A DNA stretch of 64,000 bases from contig CBDBLX010000002.1 of NCBI GenBank assembly GCA_965207445.1, positions 1,655,849-1,719,848 on the forward strand. Reading direction: 5' to 3'. Positions 33,100 to 43,932 of this stretch are shown here, piece after piece (the stretch's first letter is position 1; every line of letters starts with the position of its first letter). Origin of the DNA: Nitrosopumilus sp. (GTDB lineage: Archaea > Thermoproteota > Nitrososphaeria > Nitrososphaerales > Nitrosopumilaceae). A program made the position numbers and the translations under genes. Below the pieces are notes generated by a model, which worked only from the letters and a program-made list of their open reading frames with translations, ran no database searches and was not told where the DNA came from.

Positions 33100-33857
33100 T
33101 TACAACTTATCATATAATGCAATTATAATGAACGCTGTTCATCAATCATAGATATGAATATTTTTTCTTTGACACAATATACGTGGTCAACTACATTTCA
33201 CAACCATCCTAGATGATGACGTGTCTTGTAGTGAAATACCACCTTTAACCTCGTGATGCTTTTCGCGATAAAAAGATGGAATCCAACTCTTCCATGGGTC
33301 CGACATTCCTTTAGAACAAAATCTGAAAAAATCTTCAGGTTGGATCCAGTTCACATCTCACAAAGAATTGCAAAATCTCCATTTACACATTCTTTATGTT
33401 ATCGCAATAAAAGCTCGGGTCAAATCAATGCTCATGTGATAACGACCCTACTGCAGTATCAACCAATTATCTATAGGGGAGAGAACGGGATTATGTGTCG
33501 TGAGCGTCGTGAATTCTATCTGGTCGTTTAATGGTGATTTTATTCCCCGACATGCCGAAGATCGGCGGTTGTATACACAACTGATGAAAGATGTCTCATT
33601 CAGGATCTTTTATCAGACTCAAAGGGGTTTTTATGTAAATAAGACACTAAATGCATGTCTGGTGCAAATAACATCTTTTGTGAAAAATGCGACGAAAACA
33701 AAACAATGGGTCTGGTAGATATCGTGGGATATGGTACGAGTCAGTAGAGTAGATGAATTTTACAATGTCCTGATTGTAGTTGGAGAACACCGCCATTGAA
33801 TCCATGTGAAATTGATGCATGGTAAGAAAATGGTTTTTTAAATAAATTGTAAAGCAG

Positions 33858-34275
33858 GAATAAGCAAAACTCATGACAAGGGAAACAACAATGTCATTGA
33901 AAGTTTTAACAATATACAGCGAATCTGTTACAATCCTCGACGCGGAATCAAAAGCACAAAATCTGCCATAACCATGGGCTTTAGTGAGTGGTACAACTAT
34001 GTACGTTCACATGGATCATTAGGATGTACACTCGCAGAAGCAGCAGGAATAACAATACACGGCAATAACAAATGGATTACACTCATCGGCAATGCTGGCG
34101 TGGCAGCCATGGGAGGAGCAGTGACCTGAGTCTGCATAACCTTGCCATGTGAATCCAAGGGTCTTGAGCCAGTCATGCAACGACGGCGATATTACGGGAC
34201 GCATCAATGTCGCACAAGCGACAATGGTAGCAACGTGCAAGTTACCAACGATTAACGCAGAAGATCCGAAGATCC
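33858..34275 (+). mobile_element. Second, directly oriented IS6-like right part (empty site for the MITE pair)
   Basis: Matches 28873-29151 joined to 29742-29872. Confidence 0.9.
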
Positions 34276-34324
34276 CAATAAACAATTAACGTTTATTTAA
34301 GATAAAAAACTAGAGCACATAATT

Positions 34325-35398
34325 ATGGCAACTATTGACAAAGCTGCAATTGGGTTTTCAATTGCAATTGTAGCAATAGGTGTAGCTGTTGCAATGTATG
34401 GCGAGGCAACTCAAGATAATATAACATCAACTGCACCAATAGAAAGACAGACACCACCCCCACCTCAACCAATCGATGAGATGAAAGATGAACACGAGAT
34501 GAAAGATGAGATGACAGACAAAGAAATGAAAGATGAACACGAGATGAAAGATGAGATGACAGACAAAGAAATGAAAGATGAACACGAGATGAAAGATGAT
34601 CGTGAAAAAGGTGCATATGATGAAAAAATGGACGGTAAAGACAAAAAAGATATGATGGCATTATCCATAATGTTTGGACCATCAACAGAGACGATCGAAA
34701 TATTTACATCACACGATCTAACCGATGAAAAGGCAGAGTGTCCAGATAACAAGCTTGAAGTTAATGAACATTGTGTTCCATATCACATCAAAGGCGGAAC
34801 AGTAACAGACGTCAATGTCAATGCAGATGAGAACTCAGTTGCAATTACAATAGATGCAACAGATGAAGGATACATAGCATTGTTCAAATCAAAAGAAGCA
34901 ATCGACTCAATCATAGTGATTCTTCTAGACGGTGAAGAAACAAATGACTATATGGTAATGGAAAAATCAGAGATGAAGGAAAAGATGAAAGAAGAAAAGA
35001 TGAGAGAAAAAGATGAGATGAAGTATGAAAAAGATGAGATGGAAGAAGACACTATGGTGGAAAACAATGATGGTAATGCAGAAACCAATGCAGAACCAAA
35101 GACAGTAGTGGTGGACATGCCAGAAGGTAGTGCAGTGATAGGCTGTCAAGATGACGACACATGTTACATACCATCAAGTGTCACGATCAATGTAGGTGAC
35201 ACTGTATCATGGATCAATACCGACACAGCAGCACACACTGTCACAAGTGGGAGTCCTGCTCAAGGTTATTCAAACTTGTTTGACAGCAGTCTAGTCATGG
35301 CAGGTCAATCTTTTGAGTACACATTCAATGAAAAAGGTACAATTGAGTACTTTTGCATTGTGCATCCATGGATGGTAGGCTCCGTAACTGTAAACTAG
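34325..35398 (+). CDS. Membrane-anchored blue-copper (cupredoxin) protein with Met/Glu/Lys-rich repeats
   Basis: N-terminal TM helix; AAHTVTSG...YFCIVHPWM type-1 Cu ligands; 45-bp repeats at 34481-34597. Confidence 0.92.
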   Translation: MATIDKAAIGFSIAIVAIGVAVAMYGEATQDNITSTAPIERQTPPPPQPIDEMKDEHEMKDEMTDKEMKDEHEMKDEMTDKEMKDEHEMKDDREKGAYDEKMDGKDKKDMMALSIMFGPSTETIEIFTSHDLTDEKAECPDNKLEVNEHCVPYHIKGGTVTDVNVNADENSVAITIDATDEGYIALFKSKEAIDSIIVILLDGEETNDYMVMEKSEMKEKMKEEKMREKDEMKYEKDEMEEDTMVENNDGNAETNAEPKTVVVDMPEGSAVIGCQDDDTCYIPSSVTINVGDTVSWINTDTAAHTVTSGSPAQGYSNLFDSSLVMAGQSFEYTFNEKGTIEYFCIVHPWMVGSVTVN

Positions 35399-35562
35399 AA
35401 TAATTTTTCATTTTTTTAAACATGTAAGCTCAGGTTGCGCATGTATCCAAATGTTTCAAGATGATTGGTGTTCGTATTCGTCTTAATCTTACCGATATCT
35501 ATCTTGTTATGTGTCTTCTTTACGACGTCTATTAAAGTGTCTTTCTCCTTGTCTGTTAGCTT

Positions 35563-35643
35563 GTAACCGTTCAACCCCCGCATCTACACCAAAAGTTAGA
35601 CGATGAATCTGTGCCTAAATTTGAAAAGTGGTTGAACGGTTAC
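35563..35643. mobile_element. 81-bp MITE (family A)
   Basis: GTAACCGTTCAACC...GGTTGAACGGTTAC. Confidence 0.88.
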
Positions 35644-35749
35644 GCCTCCCACATGTAAGGTCAATGGAAGTAGTGTCGTTGCCACATGGCTATGAATTTG
35701 GCCTAAAATTATACTTGAGAAATATCACAAAAAAATACACCAAAGTGCA

Positions 35750-37636
35750 TTAGTTATCCTGCATCATTTTTCTTTGAAGAATTCTATTGTATGATACACC
35801 AAATCTATGAGCCTCGTCTCGTGCATGTTGTAGTATTTTGAGTGATTGTTCAGTTTTTGATATTATTATAGGATCATTTTGCCACTCAACATATATCTCT
35901 TCATTTTTCTTTGCAAGTGATGCGCATGGTAAATCATCTAATCCAAGATCACGTATAGATTTTAGTGCTGCATGAAGTTGTCCCTTGCCACCATCGATTA
36001 ATACCAAATCAGGAAATCCAGATACATTGTCATTAGAATTATCGTTTAAAGTAAAAAGTGTGTTGTCATCAGTGTAATTGTTGTGATCGTTGTTGCAGTT
36101 GTTGTTGTTGCGGTTGTTGTTGTTGTTGCCATCATTGCTATTGTTATCATTATTATGGTTATGATCACCATTATGATCATTATTACGATCATCATTACCA
36201 TCATGAGATTGCCCACATTCATCAAAAAGCAATCTTTTGTACCTTCTAGATACAATCTCCTGAATCATCGCATAGTCATCACGCCCACTAACAGACTTGA
36301 TTCGAAATCTACGATAACCAGACTTGTCAGGACTGCCATTTACAAACCTAGACATAGAACCCACTGCAAATGCATCACCGTGATTGGAGATATCAAAGCA
36401 TTCTATAATGAGAGGTACACGTGGCAGATGTAGTTCTTTTTGAAGATCAACTAATCCCAATTCATGCCCACTCTTCTCATGTATTAGATCGATATTTTTC
36501 ATCAGCAAATTAATCATCTCTCTTCTCTTTCCTTTTTTAGGTACCAAAATTTTTACAGCAAATCCTGCACGCTCAGATAAAAGTGATGTAATGAGTTTTG
36601 TATTATCAAGCATCTCACTTAATATTATGAATCTAGGAATTCTATGAGTCGTGTAATATTGATAAATAAATCCAGAAAAAGAGTTATCTGCCACCACATC
36701 AAAAAAGAACTTTTCACTATCACGAATAACCCCATGTATCATACGAAATGTCATAACAACAGCAGCATGATTCTGTATACCAATTCCAAAGTACTCTTCA
36801 TCAGAGCTTTTAACATACTCCATCTTTTGATTCGAATTTAAAGTGTCAAGTCTAGATATAGTGTCACGGAGCTCAATTGCGCGCTCAAATTGTTGCGCAT
36901 CGGCAGCTTGTCTCATTTGTGTCTCTAATTTTTCAGAAAACACCTTGAGTTGATCAGACCCTCGAAGAACATCTCGCAGTGCATCTACATGCTGGGTATA
37001 TCTTTTTTGTGCATCTACAAACTCACATGGACCCTCACAATTTCCAATATGATACTCCAAGCACACCTTTTTTGGAAGTGTCTTGCATATACGTATCTGA
37101 AATGTTTTGCGGAGTGTTCCTACAGTAAGTAGTTTTGAGCTTCCTTGCACAAATGGTCCAAATGTCTCACCTTTGCCAAAAAACTTTCCCTCACGAGTAC
37201 GTCTTGCAACAAGTAATCTAGGATACTTTTCATCAGAGAGTCGCAAGTACGTATAGCGCTGCTGATCCTTGAGTTCAATGTTAAACTTTGGCCTATACTG
37301 TTTAATCATATTGGACTCTAGCAAAAATGCCTCACCTTCAGTATCAGTTATAACAAATTCAATATCTGCAACTAGGCGCACCAATCTCTGAGTCTTGTAA
37401 TTGTCATGATGTGCAGTAAAATATGACTTTACGCGCCTTTTGAGATTTTTTGCCTTGCCGATGTATATGGTGTCACTTTTGGCATCTTTCATAATATAGA
37501 CTCCAGGATCAGAGGGAAGTGTGACTTTGGATATATCAAATGTGCCTTTATTTGTTGTAGGTGTTTTATGAGTAGTAGGTGTTTTATGAGTAGGTGGTTT
37601 GTGAGCAGGCGCTACTATCATTATAATCAAATACAC
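35750..37636 (-). CDS. uvrC: Excinuclease ABC subunit C
   Basis: GIY-YIG (PGVY..YIGKAKNL), ECFDIS, LIDGGKGQL, RDEAHRF; Asn-rich insert. Confidence 0.96.
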   Translation of the reverse strand: MYLIIMIVAPAHKPPTHKTPTTHKTPTTNKGTFDISKVTLPSDPGVYIMKDAKSDTIYIGKAKNLKRRVKSYFTAHHDNYKTQRLVRLVADIEFVITDTEGEAFLLESNMIKQYRPKFNIELKDQQRYTYLRLSDEKYPRLLVARRTREGKFFGKGETFGPFVQGSSKLLTVGTLRKTFQIRICKTLPKKVCLEYHIGNCEGPCEFVDAQKRYTQHVDALRDVLRGSDQLKVFSEKLETQMRQAADAQQFERAIELRDTISRLDTLNSNQKMEYVKSSDEEYFGIGIQNHAAVVMTFRMIHGVIRDSEKFFFDVVADNSFSGFIYQYYTTHRIPRFIILSEMLDNTKLITSLLSERAGFAVKILVPKKGKRREMINLLMKNIDLIHEKSGHELGLVDLQKELHLPRVPLIIECFDISNHGDAFAVGSMSRFVNGSPDKSGYRRFRIKSVSGRDDYAMIQEIVSRRYKRLLFDECGQSHDGNDDRNNDHNGDHNHNNDNNSNDGNNNNNRNNNNCNNDHNNYTDDNTLFTLNDNSNDNVSGFPDLVLIDGGKGQLHAALKSIRDLGLDDLPCASLAKKNEEIYVEWQNDPIIISKTEQSLKILQHARDEAHRFGVSYNRILQRKMMQDN

Positions 37637-37675
37637 ACAAGTATTAACACATGATAAATCTTTGAAAATGGTTTA

Positions 37676-40600
37676 CTATTCTAGTACGTCTTTGAGATAT
37701 CTTCCAGTATAACTATCTTGTATATTTGCCACTTGTTTTGGCGTTCCTACGCATACCAACTCTCCACCGCCATCACCGCCCTCAGGGCCTAAATCTATTA
37801 TCCAATCAGAGTTTTTTATTACATCCATATTGTGCTCTATAACAACAACAGTGTTTCCAAGATTCACTAATCTATTCAATACATCAAGTAGTTTTTGAAC
37901 ATCTGCAAAATGCAGACCAGTAGTTGGCTCATCTAGTATGTAGAGTGTGCGGCCAGTACTAGGACGTGACAACTCTGATGATAATTTAACACGTTGTGCC
38001 TCACCACCAGATAACGTAGTAGATGCTTGTCCCAACTTTACATACCCAAGCCCAACATCGACCATCGTTTGTAGTCGTGTTCGTAAAGCAGGAATACTTG
38101 AAAAGAACTCTAATCCTTCATCAATGGTCATATCCAAAACATCAGATATGTTCTTTCCTTTGTACAGAACATTTAATGTCTCAGAGTTGTAGCGTTTGCC
38201 ATTACATTCATCACACACCACATACACATCTGAGAGAAACTGCATCTCTATCTGCTTTACTCCTGCGCCCTCACATGCAAAACAACGACCCACCTTTACA
38301 TTAAATGAAAACTGTCCAGGCGAGTACCCACGCGTACTTGACATAGGTGTGCTTGCAAACAACTCCCTTATCACAGTAAAGGCGCCAATATACGTAGCAG
38401 GATTTGATCTAGGTGTTCGTCCTATCGGAGACTGATCAATCTCAATGACCTTGTCAATATTAGACACACCAGTAATCTTATCATGTGCACCAGAACGTGC
38501 ATCAGACTCAAAGAACACAGGTAATAATGCCTTGTATAAAATGTCAGTGACAAGGGTAGACTTGCCAGAACCAGATACGCCAGTCACACACACGAGTTTA
38601 CCAAGTGGAATTTCAACATCAATGTTTTTGAGATTGTGCTCTGATGCACCCAAGACACAAATAGAGTTAGGATTATCTTTACGAATACGATTCTCAATGA
38701 CAACCTTTTTGTCACCACGCAAGTATGCACTAGTAGGGGAATTCACATCATACATGATATCAGATACGGTGCCCTCAAACATGACATTTCCACCATGGAC
38801 ACCAGCACCAGGCCCCAAGTCAACTATCCAATCAGATTTTCGAATCACAGATTCATCATGCTCTACTACAAGTACAGTATTTCCTAAATTGCGCAACTTT
38901 AAGAGCGTCTTGACAAGTCGCATGTTGTCACGTTGATGCAGCCCTATTGTAGGCTCATCGAGCACATATAATACACCTGTAAGATTAGAGCCAATCTGAG
39001 TTGCAAGCCTGATTCGTTGTGACTCACCACCAGATAATGTGGCACTTGGCCGCTCAAGTGTAAGATAATTCAACCCCACATTAATCAGAAACTCTAGCCG
39101 CTCTATAATCTCCTTTAGTATATCGTGTGCAATAAATGACTGTGTCTCAGTCAAGTCCAATTTAGTGAAAAACTCATAACATGATTCTATTGACATATGG
39201 CAGACATCTATGATGTTTTTACCACCCACAAGCACTGCAAGTGATTCTGGCCTCAACTTTTTGCCAGAGCATTGTGCGCATGGGATATCGCGCATGAATC
39301 TGCGTAGCCAGCTTCGCTTTGAGTCAGATGTGGTGTTCTCAAGCATGTAATACAAGTCATTCATAACTCCATCATACGAGTCAGGATTATCTAGTACAGA
39401 GATCTTCTCACGTCTAATCCCAACATCAGGTGCACCATGCAACAAGATATCCATATGCTTTTTGTCAAGTTTGTTTAATGGAGTCATCAAGTCGATGTCA
39501 AAGTATTCTGCAATCTCTGTGAGTTTTTCGGTTTTATATGCTGCATATTTTCCAGTCCACGGGACTATTGGATACTCCAAGAGGCATTTTGACTTGTCTG
39601 GGATTATCAACTCTTCATCAAATTGTAAATTGACACCCAATCCACTACACTTGTTGCACATACCAAACGGAGAGTTGAACGAAAAGTTACGTGGTTCTAG
39701 TTCTCCAATACTTAATCCACAGTGAGGGCATGCATTCTCTTGTGAAAATACGGCATCTTGTGCAAAAGACTCGTTGTGTTTTTTTGTTGCAGTTGATATT
39801 ATAACAGAGCCATGAGACGCTTTTATTGCATCTTGAATAGATTCGAAGAGACGAGAGCGCTCTTGAATAGTTGGTGTTAAACGGTCAACTATAATCTCAA
39901 TTGTATGCCACTTGTTCTTATCAAGTGATATGCGCTTGTCATTTGTATCAGGTTTGGCAGTAGTAGCAGCACCACCAATGGCAATGTCCCCAATATGTAC
40001 AATCTCACCATTTACACGAAGACGTGAAAAACCGTCTTGTTTTGCGCCTTCAATTACTTTGTCATGTGTGCCTTTTTTTCGTTGAATGAGGGGAGCTAAA
40101 ACCAATACAGGTTCATTTTCATACACCTTTAAGACAGAATCACAGATGGCATCAAGTGACTGAGAAGAGATCTGTTTGTTGCACCCCACACAATAAGGTA
40201 TCCCTATTCGTGCATAAAGTAGACGTAGATAATCATATATTTCTGTAGTCGTTCCCACAGTGGAGCGGGGATTTTTCACAGTGGTTTTTTGCTGAATCGA
40301 GATTGCAGGCGATAGTCCATCAATAGAGTCAACATCAGGCTTATCCATCATTTCTAAGAATTGCCGAGCATATGCTGAAAGTGACTCTACGTATCTTCTC
40401 TGTCCTTCTGCATAGATTGTATCAAATGCCAAAGATGACTTGCCGGACCCAGATAGTCCACTTATTACAACAAGACTGTTTTTTGGAATGTCTACTGTGA
40501 TGTTCTTTAGGTTGTGATGACGTGCACCACGAACACACAGAGTCGGAATGGTTCTATTGATGGTAATGGTTTTGTCATATTTGTTAAAAGGTGAGGTATT

Positions 40601-40765
40601 GTTTGGTTTTGATGATAGTGCAGTGGTGTTATTTGTTGTTGCTGTTTTTGTTTTTTGTTGCTGCTGTATGTTTTGTGTTTTTGAACTTGTGCGCGTCTTT
40701 GTTGTTTTCTTTACGACTTCCTCTCTTTTTGTCATCATTGTTACGTAATGCAAGTTCTTTTTCAA
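37676..40765 (-). CDS. uvrA: Excinuclease ABC subunit A
   Basis: [23 protein letters not shown], two ABC cassettes, Zn fingers; exact start uncertain. Confidence 0.97.
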   Translation of the reverse strand: MKKNLHYVTMMTKREEVVKKTTKTRTSSKTQNIQQQQKTKTATTNNTTALSSKPNNTSPFNKYDKTITINRTIPTLCVRGARHHNLKNITVDIPKNSLVVISGLSGSGKSSLAFDTIYAEGQRRYVESLSAYARQFLEMMDKPDVDSIDGLSPAISIQQKTTVKNPRSTVGTTTEIYDYLRLLYARIGIPYCVGCNKQISSQSLDAICDSVLKVYENEPVLVLAPLIQRKKGTHDKVIEGAKQDGFSRLRVNGEIVHIGDIAIGGAATTAKPDTNDKRISLDKNKWHTIEIIVDRLTPTIQERSRLFESIQDAIKASHGSVIISTATKKHNESFAQDAVFSQENACPHCGLSIGELEPRNFSFNSPFGMCNKCSGLGVNLQFDEELIIPDKSKCLLEYPIVPWTGKYAAYKTEKLTEIAEYFDIDLMTPLNKLDKKHMDILLHGAPDVGIRREKISVLDNPDSYDGVMNDLYYMLENTTSDSKRSWLRRFMRDIPCAQCSGKKLRPESLAVLVGGKNIIDVCHMSIESCYEFFTKLDLTETQSFIAHDILKEIIERLEFLINVGLNYLTLERPSATLSGGESQRIRLATQIGSNLTGVLYVLDEPTIGLHQRDNMRLVKTLLKLRNLGNTVLVVEHDESVIRKSDWIVDLGPGAGVHGGNVMFEGTVSDIMYDVNSPTSAYLRGDKKVVIENRIRKDNPNSICVLGASEHNLKNIDVEIPLGKLVCVTGVSGSGKSTLVTDILYKALLPVFFESDARSGAHDKITGVSNIDKVIEIDQSPIGRTPRSNPATYIGAFTVIRELFASTPMSSTRGYSPGQFSFNVKVGRCFACEGAGVKQIEMQFLSDVYVVCDECNGKRYNSETLNVLYKGKNISDVLDMTIDEGLEFFSSIPALRTRLQTMVDVGLGYVKLGQASTTLSGGEAQRVKLSSELSRPSTGRTLYILDEPTTGLHFADVQKLLDVLNRLVNLGNTVVVIEHNMDVIKNSDWIIDLGPEGGDGGGELVCVGTPKQVANIQDSYTGRYLKDVLE

Positions 40766-42842
40766 GGCTATTTATTGTATCTCTGCATTTGATTGCCTGC
40801 TCAAAGTCCAAATCACGCGAGTATTGCTCCATTTTGGTGCCCAAATTTATAATCTCAGACTGTATGTCATATGAGGACCGTGACTTTACATCAAGTGAAT
40901 CAGACAATTTGCCGCCGCCGCCGCCACCCCGCCGACTAGTGCCACGATTAGAGGAATCATCGGCGCTAGGAGGAATCGGCTTTATTATAGTGCGAGGCGT
41001 CACATTGTGCGCTATATTGTACTCGGACTGTTTTTTGCGACGTCTCTGAGTCTCAACTATTGCACGACTCATAGAGTCAGTAATCTTATCAGCATACAGT
41101 ATAACAGTCCCATTTGCATTTCGAGCAGCTCTGCCAAATGTCTGTATCAAACTCGTCACATTTCTCAAGAATCCTTCCTTGTCAGCATCAAGTATGGCAA
41201 CAAGTGACACTTCAGGAATATCAAGTCCTTCACGCAATAGATTGATTCCAACTAACACATCAAACTCACCTATTCGTAGTTTGCGTATTAGTTCTGTTCT
41301 CTCCAATCCCTCGATCTCAGAATGCATATACCTCACACGTACATTTTTGCGTGACAAGTATTCTGCCAAGTCCTCTGCCATGCGTTTTGTCAAAGTAGTC
41401 ACTAAAACACGCTCACCGCGTTTGGCACGTATGTTAATCTCAGATATTAGATCGTTCATCTGTCCTTTTGTATGTCGCAGATCCACAATAGGATCAAGTA
41501 ATCCAGTAGGCCTGACTAACTGTTCTGCCACTACAGTAGATGTTTTTTGCTCATATGCACTAGGTGTTGCAGAAACAAAGATTGTCGGATGTCGTATCAT
41601 ATACTGCTCGAACTCTTCGAACTTTAATGGTCTATTGTCATATGCGCTCGGTAGTCGAAACCCATGCGTTACAAGTTCGTGTTTACGAGAGTGATCCCCC
41701 TTGTACATGCCATGCAGTTGCGGTAACGTGACATGAGATTCATCTATAACCAACAAATAGTCATCCATAAAAAAGTCCATTAAACAAAACGCTTGCTCAC
41801 CAGGACTTCGTCCATCAAAGTGACGTGAATAATTCTCAATGCCAGAGCAGTATCCTAATTCTTCGATCATCTCAAGGTCATAAGTGGTACGAGACTCGAG
41901 TCTTTGTCGTTCTAGTTCACGCAGTTCGGGTAAACGTAATGCCAACTCTTCACGAATCGATGCAAGTGCATGCGTTCGTACATCATCGGCAATCAAATAA
42001 TGTTTGGCAGGAAATATCATAATCTCAGATAATTCTCGAATCTCATCATGTGATACCTTGTCAAGTATATGGATATGTTCAACCTCATCTCCAAATATCG
42101 ATATACGTATCAAGTCCTCAGAGTATGCAGGTGTGATCTCAATTGTATCCCCGCGTACACGAAAGTTCCCAGGAGCAATGTCAAGGTCGTGACGCTCGTA
42201 TCGTGCATCTACTAATCCCTGAATCAGACGAGTACGACAGTTTTTTGGTTCGTCACCTTTATGTATTCGCAGTGCAAGGTCATCCCAATCTTTTGGGTTT
42301 CCAAGTGAGTAGATACACGATACTGTAGCTACGATAATGGTAGGCTCACCGGACAAAAGCATTGCAGTGGCTTCTAGACGCATCTTTTCGATCTTTTCAT
42401 TTATTTGTGTATCTTTTTCGATGTATGTGTCAGTCTGTGCAATGTAACTTTCAGGCTGATAATAGTCATAATAAGAGACAAAATATCCCACATTATTGTG
42501 GGGGAAGAACTGTTTTAGTTCTGCGTATAGTTGCGCTGCAAGTGTCTTGTTATGAGATATTACAAGTGTGTTCATACCAGATCGTTGAATCACATTTGCA
42601 ATGGAGAATGTCTTGCCGCTACCAGTGACACCTAATAGTGTCTGTCGCTGATTGGTTTTTATTCCATTTACAAGTGCAGATATTGCTTCTGGTTGATCAC
42701 CTGTGGGTGCGAACTCTGAGACGAGTTCAAAGTGGTTTTTACCATGCAAGATGCCAGTGTCACTAGTATCAGGTGTGGAAGAGTCAGGTTTTGAGGGTGT
42801 GGTGGTGGAGGGGGGCATATCAGAAGAGTTATTGCTTTTCAT
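40629..42842 (-). CDS. uvrB: Excinuclease ABC subunit B
   Basis: GVTGSGKT, FVSYYDYYQPE, DESH, GRAARN. Confidence 0.97.
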   Translation of the reverse strand: MKSNNSSDMPPSTTTPSKPDSSTPDTSDTGILHGKNHFELVSEFAPTGDQPEAISALVNGIKTNQRQTLLGVTGSGKTFSIANVIQRSGMNTLVISHNKTLAAQLYAELKQFFPHNNVGYFVSYYDYYQPESYIAQTDTYIEKDTQINEKIEKMRLEATAMLLSGEPTIIVATVSCIYSLGNPKDWDDLALRIHKGDEPKNCRTRLIQGLVDARYERHDLDIAPGNFRVRGDTIEITPAYSEDLIRISIFGDEVEHIHILDKVSHDEIRELSEIMIFPAKHYLIADDVRTHALASIREELALRLPELRELERQRLESRTTYDLEMIEELGYCSGIENYSRHFDGRSPGEQAFCLMDFFMDDYLLVIDESHVTLPQLHGMYKGDHSRKHELVTHGFRLPSAYDNRPLKFEEFEQYMIRHPTIFVSATPSAYEQKTSTVVAEQLVRPTGLLDPIVDLRHTKGQMNDLISEINIRAKRGERVLVTTLTKRMAEDLAEYLSRKNVRVRYMHSEIEGLERTELIRKLRIGEFDVLVGINLLREGLDIPEVSLVAILDADKEGFLRNVTSLIQTFGRAARNANGTVILYADKITDSMSRAIVETQRRRKKQSEYNIAHNVTPRTIIKPIPPSADDSSNRGTSRRGGGGGGKLSDSLDVKSRSSYDIQSEIINLGTKMEQYSRDLDFEQAIKCRDTINSLEKELALRNNDDKKRGSRKENNKDAHKFKNTKHTAATKNKNSNNK

Positions 42843-42889
42843 AAATCACACATCTGTCAATAATAGTAAAAAAGATACGTCTAATATTA

Positions 42890-43250
42890 ACAACAACCAC
42901 CACCACAACCACAACCACAACCACAACCACACTACTACTAGTACAATAACATATGTGCAAGACAGTGGTTTTAAATGCCATTATAATCATTTTAAGTGTA
43001 ATAATCATTTTAATTATTATAATCACCATCACTATTTTGACCATCTCGTATCATTATCATTATTATTATTATTATCATTATCATCATTATCACCTCAGAT
43101 CATTATTACCATCATCGCTATTTTGACCATCGCGCATCATTATCATCATTATCATCATCATTATCATCATTATCATCATCATTATCATCATTATCATCAT
43201 CATTATCATCATTATCATCATCTCAGATCATTATTACCATCATCGCTATT
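42890..43250. repeat. Intergenic compound microsatellite (CACAAC)n / (CAT,TAT)n
   Basis: Directly visible. Confidence 0.95.
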
Positions 43251-43251
43251 A

Positions 43252-43887
43252 CTACCATCTCGGATCATCATTTGACATATGCGGCATACCATCAACAATA
43301 TCAAATCCCATTATACGCAATGTATCTTTTGCAGTAGACGTGTTACGTGACAAGATTAGTTCTGCCAATTTTTGTCGCTTTTCACGAGTCAAATGTTGCC
43401 CTATCTTGTATTTTCCATCCATACTCAAAGGTTTGATGCGTATTATACTAACTGCATCCACGACAGCCATATCAGGTCGTATTGGCTCATACATGCCCTC
43501 TGGTTGATACTTTAACATCAGTGCATTTAATGCGCGTGTCTTTTCTACACGGTCATCTATAATTTGTGCAGTTCCCTTTATTACAACGCTAATGTATAGT
43601 GTGTCTGCAAGGGAGGCATCAGTAGGATGCTCAAAATATGAAGGTAGGAACTCTAGTTGACGATCAACTTCAAATCCGACATGGTCATTGCTAGTAATAT
43701 TATCTAATTTCTCACCACGTATATGAGAGTGCATATAGATAAAGCCATCAACGTATGCATAGTTCATTGGAATTATTTGAGGAAAACCCAAAGAGTCTAT
43801 ACTAGCAATTCTGCCAGTGTGGGCATCGTTGAGAAATTCTTCTATTTTTGATTTTGAGCCAATGCGTAAGATACCAGCATGTTGCAT
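43252..43887 (-). CDS. Pyridoxamine 5'-phosphate oxidase-like (NimA-type) flavin-binding protein
   Basis: GRIAS..PQIIPMNY..YMHS..GEKLDNI..VGFEVD..YISVVIKG. Confidence 0.85.
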   Translation of the reverse strand: MQHAGILRIGSKSKIEEFLNDAHTGRIASIDSLGFPQIIPMNYAYVDGFIYMHSHIRGEKLDNITSNDHVGFEVDRQLEFLPSYFEHPTDASLADTLYISVVIKGTAQIIDDRVEKTRALNALMLKYQPEGMYEPIRPDMAVVDAVSIIRIKPLSMDGKYKIGQHLTREKRQKLAELILSRNTSTAKDTLRIMGFDIVDGMPHMSNDDPRW

Positions 43888-43932
43888 AACTATAACAGAT
43901 AATAGTACTAAATCAAGATGTCGTAGATCTGG

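Larger units (their letters stand above)
28220..34275 (+). mobile_element. ~6-kb IS6-type composite island bounded by TIRs and 8-bp TSD CAATAAAC
   Basis: Left TIR GGGTCTTCTGCGTTAATCGTTGGTAAC at 28220; inverted TIRs ending at 29872 and 34267/34275; CAATAAAC at 28212-19 and 34276-83. Confidence 0.8.

Noticed and set aside
33180..33850. Short ORFs downstream of the RelE-like gene
   Set aside because: Fragmented in all frames; could not assign a family.
42703..43275. 190-aa His-rich ORF
   Set aside because: Shadow of a microsatellite, antisense to uvrB.
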